From positions 1 to 50,207 of the IMG/VR virus record IMGVR_UViG_3300024310_000011: a DNA stretch of 50,207 nucleotides, one strand, 5' to 3'. This stretch comes from a virus (Duplodnaviria; Caudoviricetes). Positions 18,765 to 28,669 of the stretch are shown piece by piece (the first letter of the stretch is position 1; each line of letters begins with the position of its first letter). The position numbers and the translations under genes are program-made. The notes under the pieces are model-generated. The model was not told where the DNA came from. It did no database searches and was given only the letters and a program-made list of their open reading frames with translations.

Positions 18765-19023
18765 ACATCACATCATCCACTTCCATTGCTGCGCCGTCGG
18801 TTATCTTCATGTCAGGCTGTAATTCTCGTGATTGACTAGCCTGTGCTACTTTACGATCCATTTCCGCATCACGTTGTTCTGGTAGTTGTGTATCGTAGCA
18901 GTTTACATAACACACCAGAATACCATTTTGCCATGTTAATTGGGATAATGGGTAACGCACTGTACAACGGCCACACTCGTGGTACTTGTGCTGTAGTCTG
19001 CCACGTATTAGTGTGTCACCCAT
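18754..19023 (-). CDS. Small Zn-binding protein following the major capsid gene
   Basis: CGRC...GILVCxxxCYD. Confidence 0.7.
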   Translation of the reverse strand: MGDTLIRGRLQHKYHECGRCTVRYPLSQLTWQNGILVCYVNCYDTQLPEQRDAEMDRKVAQASQSRELQPDMKITDGAAMEVDDVMFVP

Positions 19024-19051
19024 TTTCCGTCATCCACTCTCTGCAACAAAC

Positions 19052-19150
19052 CACCCCAAGGTAAAGAGCTATTCGCAGAAACCCTTGGGGTGTCCTTAGT
19101 CTATTTCGACCACGACTGTTGACATACAGCACTCGCCAAATAGACAAGGA
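19052..19150 (-). terminator. Two tandem hairpins after the major capsid gene
   Basis: caccccaagg/ccttggggtg stem followed by gtttgtt on minus; second stem at 19093-19150. Confidence 0.65.
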
Positions 19151-19157
19151 ATACTGT

Positions 19158-20111
19158 CTACGGCCCGTTACTTCCATACGTATTAATCCAGTGAGTCGCC
19201 CCACAGGAAAAACGCATGTAGGATATAGTCTTCAGTGCACCAGTATCGAAGTCATCATCGTACTTGGCGTCGAGCTTCTTACGCCAGAAGAACTTTAGTT
19301 GGTGGTTGCCTTTGTCAGCGAGGGCAAACCATGTGCTTTGGCTCGTCAAATAATGACTAACCATAAAGGTTAAGTCCTCACCCAACAAGGCGTTAATCTC
19401 ATTATCGGACGTATAGGGTTTACCGCTGCTACCCAATAACTCACGAGCGATAAACTTGGACTCCGGCGGGATCAGAATATACTTTGGCTTGGCGTGACTC
19501 GGCAATCCTTGTGAGTCAGGGAATCTCTCGAACACGTTCGCCATAAACTGAAGTCCGGTGATTGATAGATCAACGTCTGGTGTAGGTCGATTTGGATAGG
19601 TTCCAGCAGCCGTGATTACGTTTGTGATGCCCGGCGCAGTATTAGTCGCAGCTACACCACCTACCAACGGGTGAGCAGTGTTAAACAACGACACACCATC
19701 CGTCGAGACGATAGATGTGAAACCTTGATTAAAGATGTTCGCAGCGACCATCTCTTGTGTGAAACGGGCACTTTTGACGTGGGCTTCTGGCACTTTATTA
19801 ATAATGCCATACTGATCGTCCTCGACTAACTCCCACGACGCACGTGAACCCATTCGATAGGTCAAATGTAGGTAACGCTTGATACCTGCCTGAATCCCAT
19901 CAAAGTACGCCGTAGGCGTATTCTCCGGTGCTTCCGGCATCGGCCCCAAGCCGACCATCTGAAACTCATCTTCAAATGCTTTCGTACTCGTTTCTACATT
20001 GAAGATCTTTTCAAACTCCGGCTCACGTTGTTTGATGTCTCTCCACTCTACGAAAACAGCATGTGCTCCCGTAGCTAATAGCTGTGGGAATGCACCGCGT
20101 ACCATTGTCAT
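19158..20111 (-). CDS. Major capsid protein (HK97 fold, Mu gpT-like family)
   Basis: IFNVETSTKAFE, ELVEDDQY, DGVSLFNTAHP, KYILIPP, HYLTSQSTWF, YGSNG. Confidence 0.9.
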   Translation of the reverse strand: MTMVRGAFPQLLATGAHAVFVEWRDIKQREPEFEKIFNVETSTKAFEDEFQMVGLGPMPEAPENTPTAYFDGIQAGIKRYLHLTYRMGSRASWELVEDDQYGIINKVPEAHVKSARFTQEMVAANIFNQGFTSIVSTDGVSLFNTAHPLVGGVAATNTAPGITNVITAAGTYPNRPTPDVDLSITGLQFMANVFERFPDSQGLPSHAKPKYILIPPESKFIARELLGSSGKPYTSDNEINALLGEDLTFMVSHYLTSQSTWFALADKGNHQLKFFWRKKLDAKYDDDFDTGALKTISYMRFSCGATHWINTYGSNGP

Positions 20112-20147
20112 ACTATACTCCCTTCAGTGTGTTTAACACACTAGCTA

Positions 20148-20795
20148 TTAGTTACCAGACAACTGCATCAAAGCGTTTTCAAATACAAACCAGACGCGAC
20201 CATTTTGAATTGCGCCATCGAGAGGACTGAGTTGTTTAATGATAACACAAGTATTCGTACCTTGTGTTACTTTGGCAAAGTCCACATACCAATGGCCGGT
20301 CGTATCCTTAGTAAGTCCAAATCTCTTGCCCTTCATATTGACATTAGTAGTAGCATTGACTGTACTACCACCCGCGTCGTCAAAAGTAGCCTCGAAAATA
20401 GTATCAGGACAGGCTATCTCAAATGGAGTACGTCCTGTTACCATTGGTGCGCCAGGTGTGAAGTTAATCGCACTTGCCTGATTCAGTACTGAACCAAATG
20501 TCGGTGCAGCAGCAGGAGCACCTACCCCTGTGAAAGCAGTAGGAGCACCCTTACCACTAGAACTAAGGTTCGCTCCTGGTGCTCGTGAAATTCCAGCAAT
20601 ACCCGCCGTTGCTGTAGCCACCGCAATATTCGCAGTAGCATCCCATTCTTTAATAAATCCGCTGTTCAGCATTACCGGAACACCTTCAAGAAAGGTCTGA
20701 GACAACTGTTCAGGTTCCTCTCCAGAAAGAGGGTTGTTACCCGAAATGGTCTGAACGACACGGATCGGTTGATGATCCGATAATACAGCAGCCAT
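20148..20795 (-). CDS. Capsid decoration/cement protein
   Basis: Immediately upstream of the capsid gene; PDTIFEA; A/G/T-rich. Confidence 0.65.
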   Translation of the reverse strand: MAAVLSDHQPIRVVQTISGNNPLSGEEPEQLSQTFLEGVPVMLNSGFIKEWDATANIAVATATAGIAGISRAPGANLSSSGKGAPTAFTGVGAPAAAPTFGSVLNQASAINFTPGAPMVTGRTPFEIACPDTIFEATFDDAGGSTVNATTNVNMKGKRFGLTKDTTGHWYVDFAKVTQGTNTCVIIKQLSPLDGAIQNGRVWFVFENALMQLSGN

Positions 20796-20824
20796 TTGTT
20801 ACTCTCCTCATCATACAAATTGAA

Positions 20825-21502
20825 CTACGTCCCGCGTTCTACTACTTCAAAAACTTTTTGTTCAATCGCACTATTCGAACCTACAGGTACATCACGAATG
20901 TCGTCACCCTTAGGTATAAACACGTCACCCTTATGACGATCCATTGTTGGCATTCCATGATTACCTGTAATAAGCGAACCCATGCGCCCTTTAGCCGCTT
21001 CGTGTATCTTCTGTGGCACAAGCATGTCGCTGGACTTTTGCATATTGTATTTTAAATGAGCAAGATACCTATTACGAGGCATCTTCATTAAGATACAATC
21101 GCCAAGTATTAACTTACCACCATCCACCTGTGCCTGATGTCCACCTTGATCTTTTGGTAGTAGATCATCCTCAGAAGCATTTTGAAAGCCCATTGCAAGT
21201 AACTGAGAGTAACGAGCCGTACTACCATTTCTACCGTAGTTACCCCAGTAAAATGCATAGTGTCTGTCTTTAGCTTTAATCTTATATGCTTCGTTAATAA
21301 AGATTGGTTTTGCAATTAAAGTTTCATCAAGAAGTACCTCGTCTTCACTCAGTTCGTAAAACCTATCTTCAAGTTCCGTTTTAGGAATAGACTGTACCTG
21401 TTCTGAGAGAGGCTGATGTGCCGAAGGCTGACTTACACTCGTTACAGGTGTACTCATCTGCCCTTTAACTGTCGTAGCATCATTTGTTGATTTGATTGGC
21501 AT
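20825..21502 (-). CDS. Head-module hypothetical protein
   Basis: FYWGN...MGF...GDCILMKMP; between scaffold and capsid genes. Confidence 0.6.
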   Translation of the reverse strand: MPIKSTNDATTVKGQMSTPVTSVSQPSAHQPLSEQVQSIPKTELEDRFYELSEDEVLLDETLIAKPIFINEAYKIKAKDRHYAFYWGNYGRNGSTARYSQLLAMGFQNASEDDLLPKDQGGHQAQVDGGKLILGDCILMKMPRNRYLAHLKYNMQKSSDMLVPQKIHEAAKGRMGSLITGNHGMPTMDRHKGDVFIPKGDDIRDVPVGSNSAIEQKVFEVVERGT

Positions 21503-21507
21503 AATAA

Positions 21508-22275
21508 TTAAAACGCTGTCTTACCGGCCAGCGATCCTCCCATGTTTGGGCCACCTTCTTTAAGTATCTGTTGGTAGACCTTTTCGGATACACCCATTTT
21601 GGCTATGATCTTCTTATCGTCATCGGTCAATACAGTAGGATCAGTCGGTGTGTTATTTGACCCCGAATTACCTGCACCACGCGCCGGCTCTACAAAAAAC
21701 TCGCCCTTGCCTGCTACTGTATCCTGTACAATAGTGTCCGCATGGCGACCCTTCACAATGAGATAACAATTCTCAACTGTTTCTTCTGCATAGGTTTTAC
21801 TCGTTTTAGGATTAACTCCCATGTTGGCGCGCTGACTGATGTGAGCTGTGTGTAGTAAGTCACGTACTTCTTTCTCAAACTTTGGAAATCTAGGATCGAC
21901 AGCGGCTATACGACGCAGGACTTGATCTTCTACCACAAGTGCAGTAGTATTTAAGTTTTGAGCATAAAGCGGAGCCATCCTAGCGGCAAAGGCCGCGTTC
22001 TCATCGTCGTTCACACTGGGAATCTCGACGTTGTTGTTATTATTGTTGTTATTGTTATTTACAGCCACCGGCTGTAATGTTTTGACCTTTTCCTCAATCT
22101 CAAGCAATGTAGCCTTAACAGTATTGAGATTGGCCTCGTTAGTTGTAAGTTTCGTCTCAAGAGTTTGATTCTGAGTCTTTAGAGTATTTACTTCAGCAAG
22201 TCTCGCTAGTAACTCCTCTTTGGATTCTACACCAAACTCTTCCTTGTAGTTGATGTCTTTATTGCCCCACCCCAT
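21508..22275 (-). CDS. Capsid scaffolding protein
   Basis: Coiled coil, poly-Asn linker, C-terminal LTDDDKKIIAKMGVSEKVY. Confidence 0.75.
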   Translation of the reverse strand: MGWGNKDINYKEEFGVESKEELLARLAEVNTLKTQNQTLETKLTTNEANLNTVKATLLEIEEKVKTLQPVAVNNNNNNNNNNVEIPSVNDDENAAFAARMAPLYAQNLNTTALVVEDQVLRRIAAVDPRFPKFEKEVRDLLHTAHISQRANMGVNPKTSKTYAEETVENCYLIVKGRHADTIVQDTVAGKGEFFVEPARGAGNSGSNNTPTDPTVLTDDDKKIIAKMGVSEKVYQQILKEGGPNMGGSLAGKTAF

Positions 22276-22276
22276 G

Positions 22277-22588
22277 TTACACTACCTCGCTCTTTGTTTT
22301 ATTCTTTAGTCGATCTTTTATAATCTCTGGGAGTCCGATTAGTTCGTCTAGTTCCTTAATCTTCCCTTTCAGTTCACTATCGAAGCGTTCTGTCGGTGAC
22401 TGATAAATCAGTAAGGCGGCATAAAACGCCCGTAACTTACTGAGGTACTCCTGATACTTGCGGAAGGCCGGATGCACTAACAGGGATTCCAGACCCGGCG
22501 TTCCCATTAACTCGCTGAACATTGTTTCCGAGAGATTCCCCGGCGGCTTCTGTGGCTCCGGCGTTTGGTTGTGGACTTGAGATGACAT
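22277..22588 (-). CDS. Small protein overlapping the portal 3' end
   Basis: AAGGAG RBS; LKGKIKEL...LP motif of post-portal proteins. Confidence 0.65.
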   Translation of the reverse strand: MSSQVHNQTPEPQKPPGNLSETMFSELMGTPGLESLLVHPAFRKYQEYLSKLRAFYAALLIYQSPTERFDSELKGKIKELDELIGLPEIIKDRLKNKTKSEVV

Positions 22589-24401
22589 TCATAGCTCCTT
22601 TAATGAAGTCAGGCAATGGAAGTAGCCTGCTCACATCGTTCATATTGAAAGCTCGTAGTAAGTCTTGCATCAAGTAGTCGGATGCTTTGATGGTATCAAC
22701 CATGAACTTCTTAAGTTCATCCGGCATCATTGAACCGCCTTGGGCAATACTTTGTAGTATTTGAGCGATACCCATGTGGTGTTGTTTCACCACGTTCACA
22801 AGAAGCATCAGGTTTTGTTTCTCTAATTCCTTGTTTACTGATTCAGTCGCGGCTCGTATTGGGAAGGTCATCCTACCATTACGAACGTTTTGTAATGCCT
22901 GACGGAGAAATTGCTCCTTGCGTCCAAATACTTTCGCCTTGTCACCTAATCCGAAGTAACTATATAATTTGAGAATACGCCGCCCTAGTTGTATGTGCGC
23001 GTAACGCATATCCGCAGTACGCATGTTGTTTCGGCGATTACCCGCCTGCATTACTGCAAAGGTACCCATTGCACTGTAGACACCCTTCTTGGGATTCGTC
23101 GTACCACCACCACCAGCTTGGACGCCCATTTCCACGCCTGCACGGCGTTCTGCCAAGGAGAGTGTTAACTGCTCACCTTGTATATCGGGTGCGTAGTTAG
23201 TACCAAGCTGCATTACTTCTATTTCGTCTTTTTCGCCTGGTATTGTAGCAAGGGGGTATACAGCGAAATTACTGTCGAGCTTGCTGATTCTGCTTGTACG
23301 TATGATACTCGTATTACCAAGAGTCCTGTTGTCAACACGCTGATTGTGCCCAGTTGACACCTCCTCCTGATAGTGTTTGAGCATCTTCGCAAAGCCCATG
23401 CCATATATGCCGTCATCATCCCATCCTAAACGGCACATATCAAATGGGTCGTCGTTATCAGGGTAGAAATTGAAGACACATTTCAGAACGGTCTTACTCT
23501 TAAAGTGGTATGTATAGAGTAACGAGTAGGTCTTACCATTGGGATGATTGTACTTGAACCAACACTCATACACATCCCACGTCGCTTCAATAGGCATACT
23601 CGATAGAGTAATGCCCATATCCTGCTGGGCTTGTTGTTGTACAGTAGGTGGGCCGTGTCTGTCAGGACTCTGTATTATTGAGTCTATTGCTTCTTTCTCG
23701 TATAAACCTTTGTAACGGCGATCTTCTAAGTCCCATTTCTTAAAGTGACGAATGTGACACTTGAAGTCAGCCAAATACAGTGTAGAGGCTGTTGGTTCAA
23801 CGAGAAAGTCTTCAAACGGTATCTTCTCCGGTGATGGCCCGTACTTGCGTACAAACTCTTTTTCGTCTGGTTGATCCCCGCCGGATTCTAAAGACGACAA
23901 GCCGACAATTTGTGTCTCGGTTAGGTACTCATAGGGTGTTTTCGTAAACGAAGTTCCGAACCCTATCCCTTCGCCAAACCACAAATTCTCGACTCGATAC
24001 AAGTCTAATTCTTCCGGCTCACTCGCAAAGTACACCATTGCTTCTTCGAGTGCGTTTCGTTGGTCTTCACCCTTTTCCTGTTCTTCCCACTCACCTACTA
24101 ACGCCGCATTATAAATGGGCAGTACTCCCCATATACTGCCCATTATCGCTGCCTTCAGAATATCTTGGCAAGTGCCGATAATCTGAATCACAACATTTGA
24201 GGCGTTTTCCCAAGGAAACGACTTCTTTTCTTCAGAAGGCTTCCCTTGTATAAGACGACGCCATTCTGGTACATCCGTCTCGCGTAATGTACGTGTAGCA
24301 TTCTGTATAGATTCGATACGCTCGTGAACAAAGTTCTTCACGCTCGCGTCGATGTCTTTACCGAAGGTACACTTAACGGGACGGATTGGATTTTGGAACA
24401 T
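22437..24401 (-). CDS. Portal protein (P22-like)
   Basis: FPWENASNV, FEDFLV, YGMG, NQRVDN; size and position after terL; start taken as ATG 24401. Confidence 0.88.
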   Translation of the reverse strand: MFQNPIRPVKCTFGKDIDASVKNFVHERIESIQNATRTLRETDVPEWRRLIQGKPSEEKKSFPWENASNVVIQIIGTCQDILKAAIMGSIWGVLPIYNAALVGEWEEQEKGEDQRNALEEAMVYFASEPEELDLYRVENLWFGEGIGFGTSFTKTPYEYLTETQIVGLSSLESGGDQPDEKEFVRKYGPSPEKIPFEDFLVEPTASTLYLADFKCHIRHFKKWDLEDRRYKGLYEKEAIDSIIQSPDRHGPPTVQQQAQQDMGITLSSMPIEATWDVYECWFKYNHPNGKTYSLLYTYHFKSKTVLKCVFNFYPDNDDPFDMCRLGWDDDGIYGMGFAKMLKHYQEEVSTGHNQRVDNRTLGNTSIIRTSRISKLDSNFAVYPLATIPGEKDEIEVMQLGTNYAPDIQGEQLTLSLAERRAGVEMGVQAGGGGTTNPKKGVYSAMGTFAVMQAGNRRNNMRTADMRYAHIQLGRRILKLYSYFGLGDKAKVFGRKEQFLRQALQNVRNGRMTFPIRAATESVNKELEKQNLMLLVNVVKQHHMGIAQILQSIAQGGSMMPDELKKFMVDTIKASDYLMQDLLRAFNMNDVSRLLPLPDFIKGAMNVISSPQPNAGATEAAGESLGNNVQRVNGNAGSGIPVSASGLPQVSGVPQ

Positions 24402-24402
24402 A

Positions 24403-24786
24403 TTAATTTGCGTGTGCTGCTTCATCAGGGTGAATAGAGTTGAGAACGTCAACCATACCCTGAGCTACTTCTGTACAACCTTTAGTGAACAATTCCGGCT
24501 GGGCAATCTTCTTGCCGACAACCACTTGTGATGTCGAGATTATATTAGCCACGAGAGGTACGAGTGCCTGCAACTTCTGAACACCAGTACTGTTGGGAAC
24601 CGCAGCAAATGCAGTCTCGATATTTACAACGAGTTGAGCGATTGATGTTAGATCGTTAACACCTGTTGATACGTATTTCGCCGCTTCCCCCGAACCAAGA
24701 AACGGCGTAATGATCGGCCCGATACCTGTTGCTACACCTGCTACATTCAACAGTATCTGACCAAGTTTCTTCAAGAAAGTTAGCAT
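24403..24786 (-). CDS. Amphipathic/membrane protein (holin-like) between terL and portal
   Basis: AAGGAG RBS; hydrophobic and amphipathic helices. Confidence 0.5.
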   Translation of the reverse strand: MLTFLKKLGQILLNVAGVATGIGPIITPFLGSGEAAKYVSTGVNDLTSIAQLVVNIETAFAAVPNSTGVQKLQALVPLVANIISTSQVVVGKKIAQPELFTKGCTEVAQGMVDVLNSIHPDEAAHAN

Positions 24787-24806
24787 TCTTTGTTTAGCTC
24801 CTTTAT

Positions 24807-26624
24807 TTAGTATCCCGTTATACTGGGAATCCGAGATGTCTTGTTTTGTGGACGATACGGATTATTCGCATTCGCTTTCAACATATACTCATTGAGTTCT
24901 GTCGAAGACGGAGTTCCATCATTACAAATTTCATTATAATAACCCAATGTGTCGAGGATGTCAATAAGCGATTTATTGGCGTTGCGTGTTGCATACTTAC
25001 TGTACTCGTCCAAGAATAGTAAGTCCTTACGCTGTGCAAAAAATTGGCCTGACTCGAAAACAGTGTCCAATGATTCGATTCGTGTGTATTTAGCATTTTC
25101 GGTCTTGTTCTCTTTTAGGGGGTTGATGCGACATTTGATACCTTTGGTCTTGAAGAGGAACTCTAGGTGGTGTTTCAAGTATTTCTGTGCGGCAACTACT
25201 TCGAGCCAGAATTCTTTAAGACGCCACTTTGTGACGAGTTCACAAATCTTGAAGTCAAGACGCTCGTATGAGCAAGTATCAGCCCAGGTTTCAAGTAAAT
25301 AGATTCGCTTCTGCCATTCAGTACTTCCCGAATCAGTTGTGACTTTGCGATAAAGTGTTCCCGTGATCGTAATGGCATGACGACACCTTCCAGTGTTACC
25401 CCCATGATTTGGGTCAATAATCATTCGTATAACAAGATCGCGTGGTAGTATCGAAGCAGGTGTAATGCCATTCTTTGTTTCGTGTACGATCTTGGCACTG
25501 TATAGTTTCTGTCCATCGGCCTTTGTCCCGATTACTACACCAGTGGATTCGTAGTGGAAGAAGTGGAGATATTCTTCGCGCCAGCGTACTGAGCCTTCCG
25601 CGATTGGATCATTCTCAAACTGACAACTATAAAGACGCCCACCAAGTCTCAACCGCCAACGTGCTAACTTGCCGAGAGTAAATTCCTGTGGAAATATTGG
25701 AAACCCTTTTGGGTGTATATCGCAACAACCACCTGTCGCGCTGTGCGTTGTGAAACGATAATAAGGCAATTCTCTGCGTATGTAGGCATTCAGATCAGCA
25801 ATGGACCACCTATTACCTACAACCAACTCATCGTTGTCAATATCAGCATTGACTTCAGACGAGTCCATTACACCTACTATGAGCTTAAACCACTCAATAG
25901 TGTCGTTCATTACAGTCTCACTTCTGAGTGCTTTCTTACCGACTAGATCATCAAGGATCATTCGGTCGTAGTGAGTTGATTGTAGTGCTCCACCGACACC
26001 TATTAGGTCGTAGGTTCCTTCTCCTTGAGCACTGTTCTGACTGGTGCGTTTGTGGAACATGCTACTTTCTGTCCACTTACACTTCTCATTAGGCAGTATT
26101 TCGGGGAAGGTGTTCTTGAATAGATCGTTGTTCTCATACTGCTGTGAGATGCGAAAGCCCATCTTAACGGCATTTTTTATATTTTCAGAGGCGATCAGAG
26201 TACGAGTATCTTGATTATGTGCACGACGCATCCATTTAATCCACTCGTCGCCGTAACCTAACTTACGCATCCAATCTTCATCAGCACTCGTAAAAGGTAA
26301 CGCCCACCATATAGCCGCGCCTTGGGCTATAGTAGACTTGAAATGGTCGCGTGGCCATTCGATTACTTCTTTCAGATAGGTACGTTCGAGGATTGAACAA
26401 AGTATTGTGTGCAGTGTTTCTGTGAGACGATGTTTACGAAGTGTAGACTTTGTGAAGTAGAATAGCGAACCAAGCGAATTAAGACGTTGTATTATTTGCT
26501 TTTCTTTCGGAGACGACACCTTCGAGGGGTCGAGAAACCGCCACTGTTCTGTACGAGTCTCATAAAACTCGTCAGGCATCATGTCTTTTTGAAGTTCGAT
26601 TTCGTCTTGGAGTGTGGGAGGCAC
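24807..26624 (-). CDS. terL: Terminase large subunit
   Basis: Walker A PRDHFKS, Walker B MILDDL, VVGNRW, IDP nuclease motif, KxxRIESL, DILD. Confidence 0.92.
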   Translation of the reverse strand: MPPTLQDEIELQKDMMPDEFYETRTEQWRFLDPSKVSSPKEKQIIQRLNSLGSLFYFTKSTLRKHRLTETLHTILCSILERTYLKEVIEWPRDHFKSTIAQGAAIWWALPFTSADEDWMRKLGYGDEWIKWMRRAHNQDTRTLIASENIKNAVKMGFRISQQYENNDLFKNTFPEILPNEKCKWTESSMFHKRTSQNSAQGEGTYDLIGVGGALQSTHYDRMILDDLVGKKALRSETVMNDTIEWFKLIVGVMDSSEVNADIDNDELVVGNRWSIADLNAYIRRELPYYRFTTHSATGGCCDIHPKGFPIFPQEFTLGKLARWRLRLGGRLYSCQFENDPIAEGSVRWREEYLHFFHYESTGVVIGTKADGQKLYSAKIVHETKNGITPASILPRDLVIRMIIDPNHGGNTGRCRHAITITGTLYRKVTTDSGSTEWQKRIYLLETWADTCSYERLDFKICELVTKWRLKEFWLEVVAAQKYLKHHLEFLFKTKGIKCRINPLKENKTENAKYTRIESLDTVFESGQFFAQRKDLLFLDEYSKYATRNANKSLIDILDTLGYYNEICNDGTPSSTELNEYMLKANANNPYRPQNKTSRIPSITGY

Positions 26625-27128
26625 TTACTGTATTGTCTCCCCATCTTTAGTCTTTGGTGTCACAGGTACAACCGGCTGTTGTGTTGCAATTATACGACTT
26701 ACTGTATCGGCATCTTTGTCGCTCATGTATGCTGGTAGATCAGATTGATCGTTGACTACTGTACGCGACGCCTTCATAAAGCGACCATCTCGGTCTAGTA
26801 TCGTCTCGGCGGCTTGTAAGCGCAGTTTCGGATCAGTCTTCTGTGCTACTAAATCCGCAATCGCTTGTAATGCTGTGGGGACTTGTTCCTTCAGCCTGTC
26901 TCGTAAGTTTTGAGTGTCGTCAGCAATACCGTCGTCAATATCAGTGAGAATGCCAGTCGCAATTTGTAGGCGTATCTGTCGATACTCGTCCGACTGCTTT
27001 AGAGTAGCTAACCCTGGAAGTGAGATGCCTATTGCGAGTGCGATGTCCGCGTCACTACAGCCAAGTGACTCCATACGGGCGGCTCGTTCCCATCTCATGC
27101 GGGTTTTGAATACTTTGTTAATCGGCAT
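26625..27128 (-). CDS. terS: Terminase small subunit
   Basis: N-terminal HTH, RLQAAETILDRDG, directly upstream of terL. Confidence 0.75.
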   Translation of the reverse strand: MPINKVFKTRMRWERAARMESLGCSDADIALAIGISLPGLATLKQSDEYRQIRLQIATGILTDIDDGIADDTQNLRDRLKEQVPTALQAIADLVAQKTDPKLRLQAAETILDRDGRFMKASRTVVNDQSDLPAYMSDKDADTVSRIIATQQPVVPVTPKTKDGETIQ

Positions 27129-27171
27129 TACTTTAAAGCCTTTACTATACGAAAATCCGCGTCTCAGTGTC

Positions 27172-27287
27172 TCTTGACCGGGGGTTATTTAGCTTCACCT
27201 GCTTCGCAGTAATCTTGATCTTGTATACGAAGGGTGATTAAAGTTTGTTAGTCCCGGTGAAGCACCAGCGTAGAACCCCGGTCAAGA
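27172..27287 (-). other. Long stem-loop upstream of terS
   Basis: tcttgaccgggg/ccccggtcaaga outer stem and gcttcacc/ggtgaagc inner stem. Confidence 0.7.
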
Positions 27288-27327
27288 AAACTACGTCATT
27301 CTGGATTAACGGAGGCTGCACCTCTAA

Positions 27328-27546
27328 TCACCCTTCCTGTACAACATCGTTTCCACCTATCAAGTCGCCTGCTACGTGCTGCTGCGAGCCGCGTCTCTGT
27401 TCCTCAACTTGGCTCCTAAACTCTTGTTGCTCCTTGAAATAACGCTTCAATACAGAACAAACCGGGCTGTCAATATGCTCATCTGTATGTCCATTCCCGA
27501 ATTGATTGTAGTCAGATGTCATATATAACAGCCCGTTTGTTGCCAT
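27328..27546 (-). CDS. Hypothetical protein
   Basis: ORF on the late strand; no clear RBS. Confidence 0.45.
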   Translation of the reverse strand: MATNGLLYMTSDYNQFGNGHTDEHIDSPVCSVLKRYFKEQQEFRSQVEEQRRGSQQHVAGDLIGGNDVVQEG

Positions 27547-27613
27547 TAGGAGTGTGCGTCGTGTAGCACTATCGGCACCTCCCTTGTAGTGCCGCAGGCA
27601 TACACGTTGTTGT

Positions 27614-27643
27614 AGTGTCTCACGTCGCGTGGCGGGATGTCAA
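27614..27643 (-). promoter_or_regulatory. Candidate sigma70-type late promoter
   Basis: TTGACA-N18-GACACT with TG extension. Confidence 0.5.
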
Positions 27644-27732
27644 GCTGCTGCTACGGTGTATGTACGTCCATCTCACGATAACGATTCGCGTAGCGGGTAC
27701 ATACGCGGCATAAAAATCGCGCCCCCGTTTTT

Positions 27733-28266
27733 TCACTTGACGACTTGCTTCAGTTGTTCCAGTAATCGAGCAGTATCTTCAGGACTCAATCCTTTTACTA
27801 TCATTTGTAGTTTTGTATCACTCTTTACCTCATCTATCTTACCCGCCATATATTTATATCGTTCCAAGTAGTCTTCTTTAGATTCGGCTAACTTATGTGG
27901 ACACACCCCTCTAAACTGTGCACGAGCACAATTACAATTCCAACATAAACAATTCCACTTGTTCTTGTCAAAACGATCCTCCCAGGCTTTACGATATAAT
28001 TGTATAGGAGACAGGCGGTCGTCCTTATGTCCATCATTCTGTACATGATCCAGTGTTAAGAATCGTATATCGTCAAGACCACAACACTGACATTTACTAT
28101 CAAAGTGTTTTAGAAAATTCAGTCGGAATTTATAATACAGACGATTTTTCTTACACTTTTCACATATTTTACGACGTGATTCATATGTAACTCCGTGAGA
28201 ATAGTGTTTCCCAAAATGTGTTATAGGTTTCTCGATACCACATGCAATACACCGACGCAATTCCAT
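27733..28266 (-). CDS. HNH endonuclease with N-terminal Zn finger
   Basis: CIAC...CEKC; CQCC...LTLDHVQNDG...LCWNCN...CPH. Confidence 0.85.
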   Translation of the reverse strand: MELRRCIACGIEKPITHFGKHYSHGVTYESRRKICEKCKKNRLYYKFRLNFLKHFDSKCQCCGLDDIRFLTLDHVQNDGHKDDRLSPIQLYRKAWEDRFDKNKWNCLCWNCNCARAQFRGVCPHKLAESKEDYLERYKYMAGKIDEVKSDTKLQMIVKGLSPEDTARLLEQLKQVVK

Positions 28267-28281
28267 AATCCCTCCGACAGA

Positions 28282-28309
28282 ATCGTAGCACAGACTGGTG
28301 GATTGTCAA
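28282..28309 (-). promoter_or_regulatory. Candidate leftward sigma70 promoter
   Basis: TTGACA-N16-TACGAT with TG extension. Confidence 0.55.
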
Positions 28310-28402
28310 GGACAATAAGTCCTTTCAGGTCAATCACTTAGCTTCGACCCTACCCCCTAAAGTGATTTTCGTATAAATTTCTGTGATTACTTCCCCCCTA
28401 CC

Positions 28403-28639
28403 CCCCTGTATCTAGTGGTTTTACCACCCCGTACCACTATAGGTTGTGGTCGTTGAACATGTTCAAGTGGTTAAACTTGACAGTTCGCTGTACATTCGCC
28501 ACAAGATGTAGTATGTAGTATGCTACATATACAATATCGTGTCACGATACTATCGTGGTGCGATACAATACGTCAAGTTACGCTGTTGATTCGCTACTAT
28601 ATATTGTGTATGTAGTATGCGATGTACTATATTATGTGG
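28403..28639. promoter_or_regulatory. Array of NrdR-box-like 16-mers
   Basis: Boxes start at 28403, 28434, 28499, 28529, 28594 and 28624; best is ctactatatattgtgt vs consensus acaCwAtATaTwGtgt. Confidence 0.7.
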
Positions 28640-28640
28640 C

Positions 28641-28669
28641 TTGACATCACTACACAATAGCAGTAAGGT
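28641..28669 (+). promoter_or_regulatory. Candidate rightward early sigma70 promoter
   Basis: TTGACA-N17-TAAGGT. Confidence 0.65.

Noticed and set aside
22029-22058. AAT/AAC triplet run as a contingency repeat
   Set aside because: Mixed codons encoding an in-frame poly-Asn linker in the scaffold protein
28403-28639. Periodic repeats as a mini-CRISPR array
   Set aside because: Units are degenerate 16-bp palindromes with ~15-bp gaps, unlike CRISPR repeat/spacer sizes; no cas operon
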